NCBI GenBank assembly: GCA_046318155.1
Contig: JBKCUU010000011.1
Location: 38,922 to 102,921, forward strand
Direction: 5' to 3'
Length of the DNA: 64,000 bases
Origin: Bdellovibrio sp.
Lineage (GTDB): Bacteria; Bdellovibrionota; Bdellovibrionia; Bdellovibrionales; Bdellovibrionaceae
Every line of letters begins with the position of its first letter. The stretch's first letter is position 1. The position numbers and the translations under genes were made by a program. Positions 58,761-64,000 of the stretch are shown one piece after another. Under the pieces are notes generated by a model that was given only the letters and a program-made list of their open reading frames with translations, was not told the origin of the DNA and did not search any database.

Positions 58761-60317
58761 TCATGGTGGTCCCAGGAGTTGTCCGCTTAAGGTTTCGGCG
58801 ATCTTGTCGGCGATGCGAATCCCATCGCAAGCCGCGCTGGTAATGCCGCCCGCGTAACCGGCCCCCTCGCCGCAAGGGTAGAGTCCCGCATGTGACAAGC
58901 TTTGAAGCGTGTCTTTATCGCGGGTGACTCGAACGGGACACGAGGTGCGAGATTCAATCCCGTAGAACAAAGCCTCGTCGGATAAAAAACCCTTCATCGA
59001 GCGGTCAAACTTTTCGAGGCCATCCAAGATTCGGCGTTTCATGTCTGTGGGGAGAAGTTGGTCCATGCGAATGCCCATCGCGCCGCTGGGTGAACTGCCA
59101 GCTCGGATGGGACCTAAACGGCCGCCCATAAAATCCGACACACTCTGCGCGGGGAGTTCGCGGCTGCCGCCATTTTTTTTGACGTTCTTGAAAAATTCGA
59201 CTTCCAGTTCGCGGCGCAGTTTCATTCCGCCCCACAAGTCGGCGCCAAAGTTTTTCTCATAGTCAATCGACACGACAATGGCTGCATTCGCAAAAGGGGA
59301 GTTGCGGTGGTAGTTGCTCATGCCGTTACAAACGATACTGTCGCTTTCGGTCCCTGAAGAAAGAACGTAGCCACCCGGGCACATACAAAAGCTGTAAACA
59401 CCGATGCCGCTCTTGTCATCGTGATGAACCAATTTGTAGTTGGCAGAGCCTAATTTTGGGTGCTCCGAAAAGTCGCGGTATTGGATTTTGTTGATCTGCT
59501 TTTGTGGGTGCTCGATGCGAAGGCCCATGGCAAATGATTTGCCTTCAAGAAAAACGCCTTTTTCGCGCAGGTGCAACAGCATATCTTCAGCCGAGTGACC
59601 CGTTGCCAAAATGACGTGCGACCCTTTAAAAACTTGGCCGTGTTCAGTCTTAAGTCCCGTCAGTCGCGAGCCTTCGGTCAAGAGCTCCGCCACTTTCGTG
59701 TTAAAGTGCATCTGACAACCGCGGGCTTTGAGGTACTCCCGAATTTTAGGAATCACGCGCCGAATTTTATCGGATCCGACGTGAGGGTTCGATAGGTATT
59801 GGATCTCGGCGGGCGCGCCGAACTGAACAAGCCGGTGCAACACGTAGGGGATGTAAGGGCTCTTGATGCGCGTGATGAGTTTGCCATCTGAGTATAGCCC
59901 CGCACCGCCCTCGCCGTAACAGACGTTGTTGCGCGGATCGAGTTCGCCGTAGCGCCAGTAGCGGTTGATGCCTTTAATTCGTTCGGTCGACTCGCTGCCG
60001 CGTTCAAACAAGTGGCAGGGAATGCCTCGCTCCACCAACCGGAGTGCGGCAAAAAGTCCTGCAGGACCCGTTCCTACAATGAGTGGCATTTCGCTTCCTG
60101 AATGAGTCACTTTCTCGACGGGGTGGTCTGAAAGATGAAGTTTTTCTCCCTGAGGGGCGACTTCGACCGTGTAGACGAAATGAGGCGAATGGCGGCGGCG
60201 CGCATCTACGCTTTGCCTTAAAACACGGTACTCGGAATAAGAGGGCTCGAGCCATTGAAGCTTTTCTTCAAGCGAGTCGTCGATACCGATTTCGATGTTT
60301 TGCAGAATTTTGGCCAT
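58761..60317 (-). CDS. NAD(P)/FAD-dependent oxidoreductase (uncharacterised family)
   Basis: GTGPAG, GEGGAG.YSDGKL, YSFCMCPGG, GEGAGYAGGI motifs. Confidence 0.9.
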   Translation of the reverse strand: MAKILQNIEIGIDDSLEEKLQWLEPSYSEYRVLRQSVDARRRHSPHFVYTVEVAPQGEKLHLSDHPVEKVTHSGSEMPLIVGTGPAGLFAALRLVERGIPCHLFERGSESTERIKGINRYWRYGELDPRNNVCYGEGGAGLYSDGKLITRIKSPYIPYVLHRLVQFGAPAEIQYLSNPHVGSDKIRRVIPKIREYLKARGCQMHFNTKVAELLTEGSRLTGLKTEHGQVFKGSHVILATGHSAEDMLLHLREKGVFLEGKSFAMGLRIEHPQKQINKIQYRDFSEHPKLGSANYKLVHHDDKSGIGVYSFCMCPGGYVLSSGTESDSIVCNGMSNYHRNSPFANAAIVVSIDYEKNFGADLWGGMKLRRELEVEFFKNVKKNGGSRELPAQSVSDFMGGRLGPIRAGSSPSGAMGIRMDQLLPTDMKRRILDGLEKFDRSMKGFLSDEALFYGIESRTSCPVRVTRDKDTLQSLSHAGLYPCGEGAGYAGGITSAACDGIRIADKIAETLSGQLLGPP

Positions 60318-60367
60318 TTGTGAGCCTCTTCTAGCACATCTCCCAGGAGCCTGGTACACTCGCCCGC

Positions 60368-61201
60368 ATGTTAGGCGTGATTCTTCATCTGACTCCGAAA
60401 AGATTTCTCAGTCGCGTGGTCGGTTTTTTTGTTCATCTCCCTTTGCCGAGTCGCCTAAGTCGGGCTTCGATGAGGTGGTTCGCAAATCGCTACCGAATTG
60501 ATCTCAATGAGGCCGAGCTGCCCCTCGAGCAATACCGTTCGATCGGTGACCTCTTTGTGCGTCGATTAAAGCCGGGGCTTCGTCCTTTAGGAACGAGTGA
60601 GCTGGTTCATCCCGCCGATAGCCGCATCACCCAGATGGGCTCTCTTGAAAAAGGCGATCTGATTCAAGCCAAAGAAAAGACCTACCGGCTTAAAGATTTT
60701 TTGGGCGCGTTGGATTCGGCGCCTTATTCTCGCGGCGCTTTTGCAACTTATTACCTGTGTCCCACGGACTATCATCGGGTGCATTCGCCCGTGAGCGGAA
60801 AAGTCCGCCAGGTTGTTTATCTTCCGGGCGCACTCTGGCCCGTGAATGAATGGTCGACATCAAATATCGACAACCTGTTTTCGATCAACGAACGCGTTGT
60901 TGTCGAGATTGCAACGAGCAAAGGTCTTGTGGCCGTCGTTTTGGTCGGGGCCACCAACGTGGGGCAGATGTCTTTGTCGTTCTGGCCCCAGTTCCGTACC
61001 AATTCAGCCCAGCAAATGGCGCCTCTGGTGCGCGATTTCAAAGGCGAGGTCTCTCTTGAAAAAGGCGATGAGTTGGGGGCTTTTCACATGGGCAGCACCG
61101 TCGTGATGTGCCTGTCTCAAAGTGCTTTGCCGCAAAATTGGAATCAACTCCCCGTAGGGCATCAAGTTCGCGTGCGCGCGGATTTTGATCAGCACGTTTA
61201 A
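60368..61201 (+). CDS. psd: Phosphatidylserine decarboxylase
   Basis: YL.P.DYHRVHSP, NERVV, VGATNVG, MGSTV self-cleavage site. Confidence 0.93.
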   Translation: MLGVILHLTPKRFLSRVVGFFVHLPLPSRLSRASMRWFANRYRIDLNEAELPLEQYRSIGDLFVRRLKPGLRPLGTSELVHPADSRITQMGSLEKGDLIQAKEKTYRLKDFLGALDSAPYSRGAFATYYLCPTDYHRVHSPVSGKVRQVVYLPGALWPVNEWSTSNIDNLFSINERVVVEIATSKGLVAVVLVGATNVGQMSLSFWPQFRTNSAQQMAPLVRDFKGEVSLEKGDELGAFHMGSTVVMCLSQSALPQNWNQLPVGHQVRVRADFDQHV

Positions 61202-61205
61202 AATC

Positions 61206-62036
61206 ATGAAACTCGCAGAAATCTGGATTTACCCGATCAAATCGTGCCAGGGGATTCTTGTCGCTGACCACGAGCTTCTGGCCACCGGGCTCAAATTTGA
61301 TCGGCAGTGGATGATGGTCAAACCTGATGGGTCGATGCTCACTCAGCGCGAGTATCCGCAGATGGCCCGCATTCAATTGAATTTGAATCAGGATCTGGTT
61401 GGATTGAAAGTCAGCCATGATGAATTTCTTGAGCTCACCGGTACCAATTCAAAAGGGGCCACTCCTTTCGAGGTCACCGTGTGGGGCGAAAAGGTCCTGG
61501 GGAGTGTCGAAGAAGATTCTCGCGTGCACGAATTCCTCTCGGACTTTTTGCAGGAGCCCGTTCTGCTGGTCGCGGCCGGCGGCGCCTTTCGCCGCTTTGT
61601 GGTCGAGAAAAATTCCGGACAAAAGCAAGCACAGGATCAGCCGGTTTATTTTGCCGATCAACAACCGCTGTTGATCACGACAACGCAAAGCCTCAGCGAC
61701 TTGAACTCACGTTTGAGAGAGCCCGTTCCGATGTCGCGGTTTCGTCCCAACTTGGTGATCGACAACCCCGAAGGTGAGCCCTTTGCTGAAGAAAGTTGGC
61801 AGTCCCTCGAACTGCCTGATGTTTCGATTTCCATTCGGCAAAAATGTGCCCGTTGTCCCATCGTCACAAGTGATCAGTTAACCGGACAAAAGGTGTCGCA
61901 TGAGCCGCTCAAAACATTGGCGGGATTGCGCCGAGAGGGAAGCAAAGCTCATTTTGGGATGCACGCCTGGGCGACGAAAACAGGACGGGTCTCACTGGGT
62001 GACGGGGTACGAGCACTCGGTGTCGGCAGTCTCTGA
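61206..62036 (+). CDS. MOSC-domain protein (YcbX/mARC-like)
   Basis: IYPIKSC, DRQWM, RFRPNLV, CARC motifs. Confidence 0.9.
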   Translation: MKLAEIWIYPIKSCQGILVADHELLATGLKFDRQWMMVKPDGSMLTQREYPQMARIQLNLNQDLVGLKVSHDEFLELTGTNSKGATPFEVTVWGEKVLGSVEEDSRVHEFLSDFLQEPVLLVAAGGAFRRFVVEKNSGQKQAQDQPVYFADQQPLLITTTQSLSDLNSRLREPVPMSRFRPNLVIDNPEGEPFAEESWQSLELPDVSISIRQKCARCPIVTSDQLTGQKVSHEPLKTLAGLRREGSKAHFGMHAWATKTGRVSLGDGVRALGVGSL

Positions 62037-62357
62037 AATTTGCACTTGCACGACTTCGGGAATCAGGACCTTGATTTTTTCAAACAGGTAGACCGCAAGA
62101 AGTTCGGACGTGGGGTTTTCAAGGCCCGGAATCTCATTCAGGACATGGTGATCTAAAGACTTCAGAAGGGGATCAAGGGTCTTGGTGATCTCGTGGTAAT
62201 CGCGGACCCAACCGATCTTGGGGTCAATCTCACCGCGCAAAACGAGGGTGATGCGAAAAGAATGACCATGCATCCGGCGGCACGGATGGGACTCAGGCAG
62301 GCCCGGGAGAAAGCGGGCGGATTCAATTCGAAAATGCTGTTTCAGTTCGACTTTCAT
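61992..62357 (-). CDS. queD: 6-carboxytetrahydropterin synthase (PTPS-I)
   Basis: CRRMHGH (CX3HGH), LDH..LN...GLENPTSE motifs. Confidence 0.85.
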   Translation of the reverse strand: MKVELKQHFRIESARFLPGLPESHPCRRMHGHSFRITLVLRGEIDPKIGWVRDYHEITKTLDPLLKSLDHHVLNEIPGLENPTSELLAVYLFEKIKVLIPEVVQVQISETADTECSYPVTQ

Positions 62358-62372
62358 GCTATACCACCAGGC

Positions 62373-62855
62373 ATGTCTCATACGACTCTTCATCTCTTCA
62401 AGCAAAACTTTAAGTTCTCAAGTGCGCATTTTTTGATCTTCGATGACAAAAAAGCCGAGATGTTGCACGGGCATAACTACCAAGTCCGCGTCGATTTAAA
62501 GGTGCCCCCAACCGCAGACATGAACCAAAGCGGCTACTTTGTTGATTTTAATGTCTTTAAAGTCTGGATCAAGACGGCCTTGGACCGTTGGGACGAACGT
62601 GTCCTGCTTCCCGAAAAGCACCCCGACATGAAGTTCAATCACAAAGGGGCTTCGCTTGAAGTGATCTTTCGCGATCGCTTTTACGTTTTTCCCTCAAATG
62701 AAGTGGTGCGACTGCCGGTGACAAATACCAGCGTCGAGCAACTCTCGCGGTTGCTGGCCGAAGATTTTTTAGCCGAATTTAAAAAGTACGGAATTCAAAG
62801 TTTGTGCGTGGAGGTCGAAGAGACCCAAGGCCAAAGCGCGAGCACTCAAGTTTAA
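62373..62855 (+). CDS. PTPS paralog, PTPS-III type
   Basis: FSSAHF, EMLHGHNY (EX2HGH), NTSVE, VEET motifs. Confidence 0.8.
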   Translation: MSHTTLHLFKQNFKFSSAHFLIFDDKKAEMLHGHNYQVRVDLKVPPTADMNQSGYFVDFNVFKVWIKTALDRWDERVLLPEKHPDMKFNHKGASLEVIFRDRFYVFPSNEVVRLPVTNTSVEQLSRLLAEDFLAEFKKYGIQSLCVEVEETQGQSASTQV

Positions 62856-63850
62856 CGAAGCTCTTCGGTGACCTTGTAGCCCCAAAAGCAAATGATCGAC
62901 CCGGATTTCAACCAAGCCGACAAAAAGTCCTCGATAAATTCAGGTGAACCATCGCAAGACTGACTGGCCAGCTCGCCAAATTTAAGGGGCCTTGACACGT
63001 GCCAGGACCAACTTCCTTGCGCCCAATGAGATAGATCTTGATTGATCGAGTTTGGTCCCGAACCGATTTCGGCAAACAAGATGCGCGCTTGGAAGGAACT
63101 GGGTTTTGCAATTTGCTCGCGTGCTTGAGCAATCATCAAGGGGTCGGTGAGCTCAACCACATAGCTTTGGGTTTTGCTTGAGTTGGTCAGAACAAATCGG
63201 CTGGCTTTTGACGGGTAAACATCTTCTTTGATGGGATTCAAAAAGGCGGGACCGCGTGACGTATGAGCGGTGGCCAGCAGCGGCATTTCGCCTTCGACCT
63301 GGATCTGTTGAAATTCAGTTTCCGGAAGAGAGACTTTGGCGCTTTCGAATGCTTCCATTCGAAAGTTCCGTCGCCAAATTCCCCCCGTCCGGAGCTGAAC
63401 TAGGATCAAGCCTTCCTGGCTTATGGGACTTAAGTTATTGATAAAAACAGCGTCGGCATCGGAGGTTTGGAGACCGCGCTTTTTTGAACGACCTTCAGGA
63501 ACGACCAACCACGTCTTGTTCAGCTGCAGGTTTTTGATGAGAACCTGCAGTTTGACATTGTCGCGAGATTTGACCTGAAACCAGGGGCTTGAACCTAAAG
63601 TTGAAAAATCGACTTTTTGTCTTGATCGGGGTGCAAGTTCAACTGCGATTTCGTTGTTGGTGTTTGCGTCTAGGTGCGCTGGTGCCACCCAAGCCGTTTC
63701 CGCAAGGGCGCTTGAGTTGACCAACCAAAGTTCTTGTTGGGCTAAATCCAAAGCGGGTACGGACCAACTGCCGGCAAGGGCCGGGAGTCCCACCAGGAGC
63801 GTGGTGACAAACAGGGTCATGAGCTGGAGGTTCAACGAGGGGATCTTCAT
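62852..63850 (-). CDS. Secreted protein with C-terminal BP74-like domain
   Basis: Signal peptide; ELTDP..IAQAR...WSWHV...F.E....CDG.P..IE...ICFW. Confidence 0.6.
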   Translation of the reverse strand: MKIPSLNLQLMTLFVTTLLVGLPALAGSWSVPALDLAQQELWLVNSSALAETAWVAPAHLDANTNNEIAVELAPRSRQKVDFSTLGSSPWFQVKSRDNVKLQVLIKNLQLNKTWLVVPEGRSKKRGLQTSDADAVFINNLSPISQEGLILVQLRTGGIWRRNFRMEAFESAKVSLPETEFQQIQVEGEMPLLATAHTSRGPAFLNPIKEDVYPSKASRFVLTNSSKTQSYVVELTDPLMIAQAREQIAKPSSFQARILFAEIGSGPNSINQDLSHWAQGSWSWHVSRPLKFGELASQSCDGSPEFIEDFLSAWLKSGSIICFWGYKVTEELR

Positions 63851-63957
63851 CTAGTCTAACAAACGGCATTTAGCCGGAGGTCCTAAAGACCCAGACTTAG
63901 AAAGGGCGCAAAAAAGACAAGTTGAGACGCAAAAGTAGACCTAAGGACTGAAAAAAG

Positions 63958-63976
63958 AGTTTTCATTTTCCTTTCA
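63958..63976. promoter_or_regulatory. Recurrent motif, copy 3 (AGTTTTCATTTTCCTTTCA)
   Basis: 17/19 identical to 10421-10439; intergenic. Confidence 0.4.
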
Positions 63977-64000
63977 GCTAGACCCAGGTTGAGTTCGCTC

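Overview
A gene-dense 64 kb chromosomal segment with about 55 CDS. It is inferred to come from a Bdellovibrionota (Bdellovibrio-like) bacterium, based on gene content: TIGR04552 protein, MaeB, standalone LuxR HTH, CheX/CheY, degenerate HD-GYP and many secreted or lipoprotein hypotheticals. I saw no rRNA, tRNA, CRISPR array, prophage or transposase. Housekeeping content covers beta-oxidation (fadD, thiolase, FadJ/FadB-type, hbd-crt-icmF), amino-acid catabolism (kynA, kynB, ltaE, hutG), tRNA enzymes (queG, cca, queD), hflX, maeB and psd. The most notable region is an iron-acquisition island at 17.8-28.7 kb, where a vitamin-K-dependent gamma-carboxylase-like HTTM protein is translationally coupled between an imelysin lipoprotein and a TonB-dependent receptor. 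Other notable items: a non-coding motif of about 20 bp found three times; two head-to-head PTPS paralogs; queG and cca with overlapping start codons; a pseudo-Hpt protein with a CheZ-like tail; a peroxiredoxin with a histone-H1-like tail; a RelA/SpoT-like TIGR04552 protein; a structured GGA-rich luxR leader; and sigma54, sigma28 and leaderless-promoter signatures. All calls come from reading motifs by eye; no database searches were run.
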